Below are positions 19,801 to 29,781 of a DNA stretch of 64,000 nt, piece after piece. The position numbers and the translations under genes are program-made. Source of the stretch: Parcubacteria group bacterium (GTDB lineage Bacteria > Patescibacteriota > Minisyncoccia > Moranbacterales > GCA-2747515). Position 1 is the stretch's first letter, and each line of letters begins with the position of its first letter. The DNA lies in contig JBAZXC010000004.1 of NCBI GenBank assembly GCA_041660065.1, forward strand, positions 10,098 to 74,097, in the 5' to 3' direction. A model generated the notes under the pieces. It searched no databases. It was not told the DNA's origin and saw nothing but the letters and a program-made list of their open reading frames with translations.

Positions 19801-20007
19801 CTAGTTGACCGTGAATGGGAGAAGTGCCATGTGCCGCGCACACTTTACAGCGCGTGCGATTTGGCGCTGGGAATATGCATCAACATTATATCTTTTTGGA
19901 GGATAGATCTTTGCTTGTGAATTGAGAAATCGACGGAGGAAAATACTGTCTTTGTAGTCGAGTGTGTCGTAGGTCTTATCACCGATACGAATTTTGCGTT
20001 TTGCCAT
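19801..20007 (-). CDS. rpsR: 30S ribosomal protein S18
   Basis: 68 aa; ...YKDSIFLRRFLNSQAKI...RQIARAVKCARHMALLPF, an S18 signature. Confidence 0.85.
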   Translation of the reverse strand: MAKRKIRIGDKTYDTLDYKDSIFLRRFLNSQAKIYPPKRYNVDAYSQRQIARAVKCARHMALLPFTVN

Positions 20008-20157
20008 ATAAAGTAGTTTTAAAGTTATAAAGTTTCAGCCAACGGCTGATCCGCCTTTGGCGGAATAAAGTTTTTAAAGTTAAAAGTTTTTAAAGTTATA
20101 AAGTCGTACAGTTATTTGCGCATGTTACTTTATAAACTTTTTACTCTCAACTTTCCA

Positions 20158-20669
20158 CTAAAATGGGACATCTTCGATTTTGATCTCGTCTTGTTCGTCA
20201 TCAAGGTTGATCGTGGGGATCTCGTCATCTTTTTTGGGTTTGGTTTTTGAGAAGAAACGGGAGCACGGTTTTGTGATCCGCCACTATAGCTACTTTGACT
20301 TCCGCTACCGGCCGGTTTTGCTCCGAACTCAAATTTTTCCAAGACGATCTCTGTCTTATACATTTTTTTGCCACTGTCTTTATCATCCCAGTTACGTGTC
20401 TCAAGGCGGCCTTCAACATAGATCTCTTGTCCTTTGGTAAAGTATTGTCCAATCACTTCAGCTTGCTTTCCCCATGCAACGACATTGTGAAATTCTGTCT
20501 TCTCTTGTTTTTGTCCGCCCTGATCTTTCCATTGTGTAGAGGTCGCAACAGAGAGATTTGCGACTGTTTGTCCGCTTTGTGTTGTGCGCATTTCCGGATC
20601 ACGGACGAGGCGTCCGACGATGATGGCTTTGTTGACGTTCATAATTTTGGTATTAATGATCATGACCAC
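20158..20669 (-). CDS. ssb: single-stranded DNA-binding protein, apparently frameshifted in an A6/T6 homopolymer (20230-20235)
   Basis: The OB-fold and Gly/Ser linker are in the frame of ORF 20130-20669; the acidic SSB tail ...DDEIPTINLDDEQDEIKIEDVPF is encoded in the +1 frame and ends at 20158; one extra A would restore a continuous gene. Confidence 0.7.
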
Positions 20670-20699
20670 ATGATGTCATGATGTGTAAAATTAGATTAT

Positions 20700-21134
20700 T
20701 TAGATATTGAGAGCCTCTTCAAGTTTCTCGTCGATCTTTTCACCTGTTTCTTTGAGTTGCTTTTTGTCTTCTCGTTGCGCTTTGTCAAATTGTTTTGCAA
20801 AGTCAGCGAGTGGTGGAAGTTCTTTTGCATTGACGATGAGATAACGCAAGATCTCCTGATTGAGATTGAGTTGGCGTGTGATCTCTGCGACTGCACCCTC
20901 TGTTGTTACACCGGTTTCTTCACATTCGTCTTTACCCGGCATTGTGAAGCGTTGGACAAAATATGTACCGCGCCAGTTGTGTTTGATCTCGTATGAGAGT
21001 TTGCGATCAAACTCGAGAGCGTTACCGGTCCATGTACCACCTGATTTTTCCACAATTGCGCGGATCTCACCTTTGATGCGGTCAAATTCCGGTTTCTTTG
21101 ACTCTGCGATGAGGAACATCAATTCATATTCCAT
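20700..21134 (-). CDS. rpsF: 30S ribosomal protein S6
   Basis: 144 aa; MEYELMFLI...RKLSYEIKHNWRGTYF, an S6 signature; classic rpsF-ssb-rpsR order. Confidence 0.85.
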   Translation of the reverse strand: MEYELMFLIAESKKPEFDRIKGEIRAIVEKSGGTWTGNALEFDRKLSYEIKHNWRGTYFVQRFTMPGKDECEETGVTTEGAVAEITRQLNLNQEILRYLIVNAKELPPLADFAKQFDKAQREDKKQLKETGEKIDEKLEEALNI

Positions 21135-21420
21135 GATATGTATTGTTAATAATAATTAATTGAACAATATCCGCCCAAGGCGGATTGATCTTTGATTTCA
21201 ACAATCAAAAAATCCATTCAACAACAAAAGCCAATTAAACGCTTTCCATGAATGGAAGTGGTTTGCATCCTATCCACGCACCTATTTCAACGATCGTTTA
21301 TCACATGCGTATCATTCGTGAGCGGAGCGACTTCGTCTCCAGTTGAACGATATTGCAATGATTTTCGCAAAAATAGGTGCGTGGCGGAATACAATGGACT
21401 TTTCTAGTTGTAAACGCAGT

Positions 21421-22569
21421 CTAGCACGAGTTAGTTGATTTGGCAACCACCTCTTTGTAGCTCCTTATTTTTAATATAGGATGAATGCCCAAGACAAAAA
21501 TGCCGATGGCAAAAGCAGACATCAAAATAAAAAAGGAACTTTTTGCGAGAATGATACCAAAGAGAAAGATCATAAAAGAGGAACCTAGTCTCACGAGGAG
21601 ACTCTTGAGAGACATGACGCTTGCTCGTACGGATTTTTGGATTGCATGATGGATTTTGATATCGAGTTGCGTATCAATGTAGCCACGGAGGGCTTGATTG
21701 ATAAAAATAGCGAGAATTGGCAAGGCAACAATGTTGGTCGACCCGATGAAAAAAATGGATATAGTCACGGCGATGAAAATAATCACAATATTTTTTTCGG
21801 GGAATTTTTTGAAGATCCATACGCCGCCAGCGATGAGTAATCCTGCTACGGCAATGATTACCCCCCAATAATTAAGAGGTATTTTTAACTCGAGAAAAAG
21901 CGGATTATAAAACCATTTTAAACTGATGAAAAAAGCTCCCAAAAGAGAGGATGCTTTAATGAGGGCAAGAAGCTCCTTGTTCGTGACAACATGCCTGAAT
22001 CCTTCAGCAGAAGTGGCAAAGATATTTCCGGCAATTCTCTCACTTCTATAGTTGGGAGCAAAAGATAATATAGCTCCTGCGACAAAAAAAGATAATGCGC
22101 TGGCGTAGAGAGGATAACGCAAATCCATAGCAGAGAGAAATCCTCCAATTGTGATTGCAGTAACTGACATGAGAAGAGAATAAAACTTTACGTGAGAAAG
22201 ATCCGCTTTGAAGTTGATAGACGCTGTGTGGAGAAGTGCTGTGTCACTGCCGGAAATGAGGGAAGATCCGAGAGCAGATAATATGAGAATAAATCCGTAA
22301 TAGTACACAGAGCCGGCAAATGAAATAAGAATCAATGACAACGTCAGTAGACCAAAGCCAAGTGATAGTGATATTTTATGCGAAAAGAAGTCCCCGATCA
22401 CGCCTGTAGGATATTCAAAAATGACGATCGCGATTGAATAGAGACCAAGTAAAAAATAGGCATATTCAGCATCAAATCCTCTCGTGTTGAGATATAACAC
22501 AAAGCTGGTGAGCCAAAACTGGCATGCGCCCAATATGAGGGCAATCTTGATCTTGTTTATATGAGACAT
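21421..22569 (-). CDS. MFS-type transporter
   Basis: 382 aa, about 12 TM, with a 6+6 organisation and a central loop. Confidence 0.65.
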   Translation of the reverse strand: MSHINKIKIALILGACQFWLTSFVLYLNTRGFDAEYAYFLLGLYSIAIVIFEYPTGVIGDFFSHKISLSLGFGLLTLSLILISFAGSVYYYGFILILSALGSSLISGSDTALLHTASINFKADLSHVKFYSLLMSVTAITIGGFLSAMDLRYPLYASALSFFVAGAILSFAPNYRSERIAGNIFATSAEGFRHVVTNKELLALIKASSLLGAFFISLKWFYNPLFLELKIPLNYWGVIIAVAGLLIAGGVWIFKKFPEKNIVIIFIAVTISIFFIGSTNIVALPILAIFINQALRGYIDTQLDIKIHHAIQKSVRASVMSLKSLLVRLGSSFMIFLFGIILAKSSFFILMSAFAIGIFVLGIHPILKIRSYKEVVAKSTNSC

Positions 22570-22631
22570 ATTTCAATTATAACGTATGTTTGTCATAAAG
22601 CGGAATGTGACATATATGTGAAAGAAATGCG

Positions 22632-23549
22632 ATGCGCATACGTATCATCAAGCACGGAGGTAATAATTTTTTTGAGAACGGGTTTATGACAAATCATAAA
22701 AAAAGTATAGTTGCGACAATCGCAGTTATTGGGGGAGTGTTCTTTTTATCAGGGTGTGCGTTGCCATTTCATCCTAAAGATCAAAATGGAGAAGTCTCAT
22801 ATGGCGATACTGCGCAACGGCGCGGTGATATGCAAAACAATATACGATCAATGGATCGTAGGGGTGTTATGGGGCAAGGAGAGCATATGATGAATATTGA
22901 CACGATCGCAAAGGGGGATCTCAATGATGATGAAAAGGCGGGAATTATCAAAATGCGTGAAGAGGAAAAGCTCGCGCGCGATGTTTACACGACACTTGGT
23001 GCCAAATGGGGACAAAAGATATTTCTCAATATCACATCCAGTGAGCAAACACACATGGATGAAGTCAAGCAATTGATCGATCGGTATGCATTGACTGATC
23101 CGATCACAGATGGTGCAACCGGTGTTTTTACATCACCGGAATTGCAAAAGCTATACAATGATCTCATTGCAAAAGGAAACGTATCGCTGGTAGATGCTTT
23201 GAATGTTGGCGCAACGGTTGAAGACTTGGATATCAAAGATCTCCAAGATCTGATTGCCGCAACGGATAATGCTGATATCAAATATGTATATGAAAATCTC
23301 AAGAATGGATCACAACGACATTTACAATCATTTGTAAAAAATCTTGAGAAAAATGGTACAACATATACACCGCAATATATTTCTCAGACTGATTATGATG
23401 CAATCATTTCCATGGAACGACAGACGGGCGGAAAGATGGATGGAGGTTGCATGAATAGCGATGGAAGCGGTTGTGGCATGCACGATGGATCTGGAAACGG
23501 ACAGGGGAATGGCATGGGAGACGGGAGCGGTATGCACAACATGCGGTAA
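22632..23549 (+). CDS. DUF2202 (ferritin-like) domain lipoprotein
   Basis: The likely true start is near 22686 (MTNHKK...FFLSGC lipobox); EEEKLARDVY...SEQTHMD..RY matches the ferritin-like DUF2202; the His/Gly/Met-rich C-terminal tail (GMHDGSGNGQGNGMGDGSGMH) suggests metal binding. Confidence 0.6.
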   Translation: MRIRIIKHGGNNFFENGFMTNHKKSIVATIAVIGGVFFLSGCALPFHPKDQNGEVSYGDTAQRRGDMQNNIRSMDRRGVMGQGEHMMNIDTIAKGDLNDDEKAGIIKMREEEKLARDVYTTLGAKWGQKIFLNITSSEQTHMDEVKQLIDRYALTDPITDGATGVFTSPELQKLYNDLIAKGNVSLVDALNVGATVEDLDIKDLQDLIAATDNADIKYVYENLKNGSQRHLQSFVKNLEKNGTTYTPQYISQTDYDAIISMERQTGGKMDGGCMNSDGSGCGMHDGSGNGQGNGMGDGSGMHNMR

Positions 23550-23725
23550 TTTTGGACACAATGTAAAACCACAAAAACATTCACACCACTTGTGAGTGTT
23601 TTTGTTTTTTGTATTATTGAATTTCATGCGTAAATATGCCACAATAAATCTATGAAGATTTGTGCATATTTTTGACTATTGATCCTATCTGAAAACGGAG
23701 AAAAAATATATGAATTTTTAATAAA

Positions 23726-24166
23726 ATGGCATACTATAATAAAATTGGGCTACTTGTATTAAATGCAGAACGAACGAGTTTTTTGGTCTGCGAGCCAGGT
23801 TTGTTGTATAAGGACAAATCTGTATCGCAATATTTGATGCCAGGTGGTCAGTTTGTGGAAGAAACTGTTGAAGAATGTCTCAAGGCAGAAATCAGAGAAG
23901 AGTTGGGCTGTGATATTGATATAGATAGTATTAAAATCATTGGGGAATACAGTGATGTTGCAGCATCTGGTTTAAATCGCGATGTGATGATCAGACTATA
24001 CGCGGGCAGGCTTATTGGTACGCCAATTGCATCAACAGAAATTGGCGCCTTGCATTGGGTTGGGGAGAGTGATATTGATAATGAAAAATTATCACCTATT
24101 ATTAGAAATAAAATAATCCCAGACTTGATCAGGAGAAGAATATTAAAAAAGACTGCAAAATATTGA
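23726..24166 (+). CDS. NUDIX hydrolase
   Basis: 146 aa; Nudix box PGGQFVEETVEECLKAEIREELG. Confidence 0.7.
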   Translation: MAYYNKIGLLVLNAERTSFLVCEPGLLYKDKSVSQYLMPGGQFVEETVEECLKAEIREELGCDIDIDSIKIIGEYSDVAASGLNRDVMIRLYAGRLIGTPIASTEIGALHWVGESDIDNEKLSPIIRNKIIPDLIRRRILKKTAKY

Positions 24167-26157
24167 AATTTTCATGCAATTATGCCACAATGGGGCATAT
24201 GCAAGAATTTATACTTCACAAACAATTTGAACCGACAGGTGATCAACCGACAGCGATTACTGCGTTGACGGATGGTATTGTGCGCGGCGACAAGGCACAG
24301 ACGCTGCTGGGCGTGACGGGATCCGGTAAGACATTTACTGTAGCCAATGTGATCGAAAAAGTGCAAAAACCGACATTGGTGATTGCGCACAATAAGACGC
24401 TTGCGGCGCAACTCGTGCAAGAATTTCGCACGTTTTTTCCGACCAATGCGGTAGAATATTTTGTATCGTATTACGATTATTATCAACCGGAAGCATATGT
24501 CCATGCGTCAGACACATATATCGATAAAGAGGTGGAGATCAATGAGGAAATTGATCGACTCCGTCATGCGGCAACCGCTGCACTCCTTACGCGTAGGGAT
24601 GTGATCATCGTGGCGAGCGTGTCATGCATTTATGGCTTGGGTTCGCCGGAATTTTATCGTGACAGCATGATCACAGTTAACGTGGGAGACACGATCGATC
24701 GGGAAGTATTGATGGCAAAATTGATTGATCAACACTATGAACGCAATGACATTTTGCAGAGGTCGCGGTTTCGAGCAACCGGTCCGACGATCGATATCGT
24801 GCCGGCAGGGCGCGAAGCGATTATTCGCATCGTGCTTCGCGGATCGCGTGTTGCGGCGATCATGGAATTGGACATTGTGAGTGGTGAACGGCGGACAGAT
24901 ATGGACCAGGTGATCATCTATCCGGCAAAACACTTTGTTGTGCCGGAGCCGGTACTCAAAGAATCATTGGAGCAGATCGAAAGCGATCTCGCAAAACAAT
25001 TGGCAATTTTTCAAAAAGAAAATAAATTCCTCGAAGCACAGCGTTTGGAAATGCGCACGCGGCAAGATTTGGAGATGATGCGTGAGCTTGGGTATTGCAA
25101 CGGAATCGAAAATTATTCATTGTATCTGACACAGCGCAAAGTAGGAGAAGCGCCGTATACGCTTGTTGATTATTTCCCCAAGGATTATCTCCTCGTGATC
25201 GATGAATCCCATGTGACAGTGCCGCAGATCAGTGGGATGTCCACAGGTGACCGTGCGCGCAAACAAAACCTCGTGAATTTCGGATTTCGTTTGCCGAGCG
25301 CGTTGGATAATCGCCCACTTAATTTTGATGAATTTCAATCGCGCATGGGACAGACGATCTTTGTCTCAGCGACACCGGCGCAATATGAAAAGGAGAAAAG
25401 CACGCAGATTGTGGAGCAGATCATCCGCCCGACAGGTCTCATTGATCCGGAACTTGTGATCCGACCAACTAGCGGGCAAGTAAAGAACGTGATCGGAGAG
25501 ATTGCAAAAGTGATTGCAAAGAAAGAGCGAGTGCTTATCACAACACTTACCAAAAAACAGGCGGAGGATCTCTCAGAATATTTGGAAGAAAATGAGATCA
25601 AGGCGAAGTATCTTCACTCTGACGTGGACACATTGGATCGCATCACGATTCTCGAAGAATTGCGTCGTGGTGTTTTTGATGTGTTGGTGGGTGTCAATCT
25701 CTTGCGCGAAGGATTGGATTTGCCGGAGGTATCCCTTGTGGCGATCCTCGATGCGGACAAAGAGGGATTTCTCCGCTCGGAAGTATCGCTGATCCAGACG
25801 ATCGGGCGTGCGGCACGCAATGTGGGCGGACGTGTGATCCTCTATGCGGATAAAATTACCGGATCACTAAAGCGCGCGATTGATGAGACGGAGCGTCGCC
25901 GTGTGATCCAGTTGGCGTATAACAAAGAGCACAATATCACACCGCAAACAATTCAAAAGACCATTGCATCAATCATAAAGCATGATGAGACGCAGATCAA
26001 AGAAGCCAAAGAATTCATCACGCTTGCACGCATCGAAAATATCGAAGGCTATCTCAAACAACGTGAAGCGGACATGCGCAAAGCGGCTACAGGGTTGAAT
26101 TTTGAAGAAGCGGCAATGATCCGCGATGAGATCAAAGAATTGCGGAAGTTACGATAA
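24163..26157 (+). CDS. uvrB: excinuclease ABC subunit B
   Basis: 664 aa (the true start is probably the internal Met near 24199); helicase motifs GVTGSGKT, DESH and QTIGRAAR, and a C-terminal UVR domain. Confidence 0.9.
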   Translation: MKFSCNYATMGHMQEFILHKQFEPTGDQPTAITALTDGIVRGDKAQTLLGVTGSGKTFTVANVIEKVQKPTLVIAHNKTLAAQLVQEFRTFFPTNAVEYFVSYYDYYQPEAYVHASDTYIDKEVEINEEIDRLRHAATAALLTRRDVIIVASVSCIYGLGSPEFYRDSMITVNVGDTIDREVLMAKLIDQHYERNDILQRSRFRATGPTIDIVPAGREAIIRIVLRGSRVAAIMELDIVSGERRTDMDQVIIYPAKHFVVPEPVLKESLEQIESDLAKQLAIFQKENKFLEAQRLEMRTRQDLEMMRELGYCNGIENYSLYLTQRKVGEAPYTLVDYFPKDYLLVIDESHVTVPQISGMSTGDRARKQNLVNFGFRLPSALDNRPLNFDEFQSRMGQTIFVSATPAQYEKEKSTQIVEQIIRPTGLIDPELVIRPTSGQVKNVIGEIAKVIAKKERVLITTLTKKQAEDLSEYLEENEIKAKYLHSDVDTLDRITILEELRRGVFDVLVGVNLLREGLDLPEVSLVAILDADKEGFLRSEVSLIQTIGRAARNVGGRVILYADKITGSLKRAIDETERRRVIQLAYNKEHNITPQTIQKTIASIIKHDETQIKEAKEFITLARIENIEGYLKQREADMRKAATGLNFEEAAMIRDEIKELRKLR

Positions 26158-26186
26158 TAAACTTCTCATTAAATTCTCGCGTAAAT

Positions 26187-26233
26187 AAAACGTTACATAA
26201 TCTTACGGCCGTAAGATTATGTAACGTTTTTTT
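26187..26233. terminator. rho-independent terminator (21-bp perfect stem)
   Basis: AAAACGTTACATAATCTTACGG/CCGTAAGATTATGTAACGTTTT followed by a T-run; a second palindrome, CACATATTACCACGC-tctagt-GCGTGGTAATATGTG, lies at 26247-26282. Confidence 0.85.
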
Positions 26234-26348
26234 GCAATGCTGTGATCACATATTACCACGCTCTAGTGCGTGGTAATATGTGTTGTAGATGAATTGTTGG
26301 GGTTGTGATGGGTTGTTTTGTGGATTTTTTTGGTTTTGATCTTTTTAC

Positions 26349-26377
26349 TTGACAGCAAAACACATCTTTAATAAAAT
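26349..26377 (+). promoter_or_regulatory. sigma70-like promoter
   Basis: TTGACA, a 17-nt spacer, then TAAAAT. Confidence 0.5.
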
Positions 26378-26465
26378 GGAAATATGTTTTGTCGCTGATC
26401 ACGTTCTGGATGTTCCAGAAAAAGTGAAGGCAAAATCACATACATCCTTAACAAGGAGGTAACAC

Positions 26466-26621
26466 ATGGAGCGGTTTTATGGTTGTTCGCCCAATTTTTT
26501 TCAAGCCAATCAGTTGAAGGGTTCAGCGGTAACGGCTCAGACAGATACGATCGAGACCACCACTACCGTCGGTACGAAAAAAGCGCAGGTCACTACCATT
26601 GCCTCGGAGATCACCACATGA
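26466..26621 (+). CDS. small Thr-rich peptide (51 aa), hypothetical
   Basis: AAGGAGGT 7 nt before the ATG; MERFYGCSPNFFQANQLKGSAVTAQTDTIETTTTVGTKKAQVTTIASEITT; a hairpin terminator downstream at about 26745-26790. The overlapping TTG-start ORF 26483-26674 is rejected. Confidence 0.35.
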   Translation: MERFYGCSPNFFQANQLKGSAVTAQTDTIETTTTVGTKKAQVTTIASEITT

Positions 26622-27196
26622 CATCGCTGACATCTTTACCGGAAGTATGTATTGATATCCAACCGGGAGGTTAAGCTAATTGGAGCGGCTTAACTCGTCC
26701 CAACACAATGCTCCATAATCAGAGCAAAGAAGTTTTCACATGAGGTGCATCGACTATAATAGTTGATGCACCTCCAACTTTTTTTGATTAGTTTTTTGAG
26801 GAAGTAATTCAGATATGTGTAACTACTCATCTTTTTTTGAGATATAAAGTATAGTGAACTTTTTAGTTCGTCTTTGCGAGGAGCGGAACGAAGTGTAGCG
26901 ACGAAGCAATCTCGATCACTGCACGAAAAACAACATGTCTAAGTGAGATTGCCTGCCTACCGGCAGGCAGGCCTCGTCATTCCGTTGACACTGCATTCCT
27001 TCCGCCAAAGGGCGGACGCGCACAAAGATATGTGTTTTGTTAGATAATTTTAGAGTAGTTGAAAAAAAGTGAATAGTTACAGATACGTCTATTGTATTTC
27101 GTCGATTTTTGTGCTATAATTAAGAGCAAGAGAATATAAGATTGATCGGAAGCGGGTGGTGCTCGCTTTTTTCTTTTTCTCCACAACCAAAAAAAT

Positions 27197-27814
27197 ATGA
27201 CACAAAAAGCCAAAAAAATCAATAAAATAAAGGAAAAATGGCAAAAACATATCGCATGGAACTATGTGATCGTTGCCCTGTCGTTTTTTATGTATGGGTG
27301 TGTTTTTGGTGTCATTGTGACGATTCATGCGATCAATAACAGATTGGATCAGATCAACAGACAACAAATCATTTTTAATCAGCCAAATCCGTATATTTTG
27401 CAAAAAACTACCAACATGATGCGTGGCTATCCGATGGAGGCAATGGCGCCATACATTGCACAAGAAGATCCGCAAGTGGCGGCATTTCTTGTTGCGATCG
27501 CAAAAAAGGAAAGCGCGTGGGGCAAACGTGCGCCGAAATTGCATGGACAGGATTGTTATAACTATTGGGGTTTTCGTCAAAAGAGAATGCGTATGGGTAG
27601 TGGTGGTCACACGTGTTTTGACTCACCGCGTGAGGCTGTGATGGTCGTGTCTGCTCGAATCAAAGATTTGATCGCCAAAAAATATAATACGCCACAAAAG
27701 ATGATCGTGTGGAAGTGTGGGTTCAGTTGTCAGAATCACAGCAGTATGAGCACTGCCAAGTGGGTGCAAGATGTAGATTACTATTACGATATGATGTATC
27801 AGGAAAGTCTCTAG
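27197..27814 (+). CDS. membrane-anchored peptidoglycan hydrolase (GH73 N-acetylglucosaminidase-like)
   Basis: 205 aa; N-terminal TM; AIAKKESAWGKRAP...NYWGF resembles the GH73/FlgJ catalytic region (E-S-x-W-G ... N-x-F-G). Confidence 0.5.
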   Translation: MTQKAKKINKIKEKWQKHIAWNYVIVALSFFMYGCVFGVIVTIHAINNRLDQINRQQIIFNQPNPYILQKTTNMMRGYPMEAMAPYIAQEDPQVAAFLVAIAKKESAWGKRAPKLHGQDCYNYWGFRQKRMRMGSGGHTCFDSPREAVMVVSARIKDLIAKKYNTPQKMIVWKCGFSCQNHSSMSTAKWVQDVDYYYDMMYQESL

Positions 27815-29064
27815 AATGTAAAACACTCAGGGGCATGTTTTGAAAGAATGTTTCCCTCGTATACATTATTTTTTTCTGTTATCATATTCTGAAAAAATGG
27901 TCTGGGTCTCGGTGGTTTTTTGAGATGTATTGCGCAACGCATCCCGTATGCTTGGTTGTTGGTTATTTGAGAGTTTGTTATGGTAATGTCCCCGATGCCA
28001 GACGATGTAATGAAGGCAACCCCGCTTTTAAAATTATCCTTGAATACGCTATTGTCAATCGTGATGATATTATCATAAATCTCTGTTTCGATACCCCCCT
28101 CAAGGTTAGATGAGGATTCGGTATTTATGATTGTCACCTTCATATGGGGATGGAGGTCAATGCCTTCCTCGCCGTTTTCGGTGATGCGTGAATTTTCAAT
28201 AAGAACCCGACCATCAAAGAGATAGAGTCCCTGCTTATCACTTTTTTTGATGGTGCAATTTTTGATTTTGAGAAGGGGTATTTGTGATATTTCTTCTTCT
28301 GATAAATTTAGAATCTCATATACGACGGGTTGTTTTGCTAATTCTGCGTTTGTCGGGCGATCTTTTTGACCCATCACGACACCAAAATCTTCCGCATCGG
28401 ATATCGTGACGTTTAGAAGTGTGGTGTATGTGTTATAGGGGACGCTTACACCGTTCATTCCTCCAGAAATTGTCATATTGATCAATGTTGCATGGTCATT
28501 GGTGTGAATGATGTTTTTTTCAAAGAGGCGATCATAGGTAACTATCACATCGTTTTGCCCGTAGAGGGTGGTGTTCTCAGGAATGACAATGCTTTCTGTA
28601 TATGTACCAGGAGCGACGATCACTGTACGGATGTTATTTTCTCGTGCATTCGTGAGAGCGTCTGTGATCGTTGTGAAAGGGAATGTAATCGTGCCAGTGT
28701 GTTTATCAGAAAAATCAGCAAGGTGGGCAAGGGATAATAATTTGTGTGTGAGCGCATCATAGCGGTCGAAATATGCTGTTGCAGGGTGGGTGCCGGTTGC
28801 GATGCTTTGGTCGACAAAAATTGCCCCGGAGGGGGGTGCTTTGAGCGTGTTGAGCATTTCGCGCGCGCTGTAAAACTGCCCGCCATACCACATGCCAGCA
28901 CAGATGATGATATAGATAAAGATGCGTACACTGATCCAATACATAATGTGTAGTATAAATGGTTTTGTATGATTTGTAAAAAAAGAAGGGCGCATGTGTT
29001 GACATGGGCCCTTTTGGACGGATTTCTCTTTAGGCAAGGTGTGATGCAACTGCTGTAATAGCAT
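27811..29064 (-). CDS. right-handed parallel beta-helix repeat protein, membrane-anchored
   Basis: 417 aa; N-terminal TM (the likely start is an internal Met); repeated NxT/GxxI beta-helix turns (pectate-lyase-like). Confidence 0.55.
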   Translation of the reverse strand: MLLQQLHHTLPKEKSVQKGPCQHMRPSFFTNHTKPFILHIMYWISVRIFIYIIICAGMWYGGQFYSAREMLNTLKAPPSGAIFVDQSIATGTHPATAYFDRYDALTHKLLSLAHLADFSDKHTGTITFPFTTITDALTNARENNIRTVIVAPGTYTESIVIPENTTLYGQNDVIVTYDRLFEKNIIHTNDHATLINMTISGGMNGVSVPYNTYTTLLNVTISDAEDFGVVMGQKDRPTNAELAKQPVVYEILNLSEEEISQIPLLKIKNCTIKKSDKQGLYLFDGRVLIENSRITENGEEGIDLHPHMKVTIINTESSSNLEGGIETEIYDNIITIDNSVFKDNFKSGVAFITSSGIGDITITNSQITNNQAYGMRCAIHLKKPPRPRPFFQNMITEKNNVYEGNILSKHAPECFTF

Positions 29065-29605
29065 CGTTTAAGCTCGATGCCTGATCGCGGATCATCGGGC
29101 TTGTGTCCTTTGTAAAGGTAATCCTGATGTCATATCGCTTCGTTTGACGATTTTGTCCGATGGAAATTTTTCTGGGATTTTTTTTGGAGCGCATGACGAT
29201 CTTTTGCAATTGCATGACAGTTTTGCTATATAGCATGGACTCCTCACGCACGACAATCCGACATGTGAGACGTGACTGTGGCTTTAGTTGATCGTTATAG
29301 ATCTTAAATGCGGCGCCTCTTTTGAGAGGCATTACGTAGCAATCCTCCAACAAAAATCGTGAAGTCACTTCTTCCGGAAAAGAGAAATATAAAACATTAT
29401 CCACGATCGATGCCCTAGTAAGGACACTCTCAATGACTTTTGACGATTTTTTCAGATCGCCCAAATAAATGTTCCCATCGAGAAAGCAATGGAGATATGC
29501 TGCCAGTTCATTGATGGCAAATTTTTTTTCATTACCTTCTGCATTTTCAAGGGGTTTACCAAGTAAAAATGGGATTGTGCCAGCGACGAGTATCTTTTTT
29601 TCCAC
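29030..29605 (-). CDS. hypothetical protein
   Basis: 191 aa ORF overlapping the downstream gene by 35 nt; no motif. Confidence 0.45.
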   Translation of the reverse strand: MEKKILVAGTIPFLLGKPLENAEGNEKKFAINELAAYLHCFLDGNIYLGDLKKSSKVIESVLTRASIVDNVLYFSFPEEVTSRFLLEDCYVMPLKRGAAFKIYNDQLKPQSRLTCRIVVREESMLYSKTVMQLQKIVMRSKKNPRKISIGQNRQTKRYDIRITFTKDTSPMIRDQASSLNDAITAVASHLA

Positions 29606-29781
29606 TATGGAGATCTCCTAAAAAAAATTTTAAAAAATATGTTAAATAACCAACATGATTTATATACCATTTTTGACATTTTGTCAATGCTTTCGCCGTA
29701 AAAGGAAAGAAAAAATAGTTGACGTCGTATCATAATTCAGGGACAATGAAATGGTAATGATATTTTCTAAAAATTATTTCT

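Noticed and set aside
26483-26674. ORF 26483-26674 (+), 63 aa with a TTG start
   Set aside because: The alternative frame starting at the ATG at 26466 has a near-perfect RBS. The His/Tyr/Arg-rich product of this frame looks like a frame artefact.
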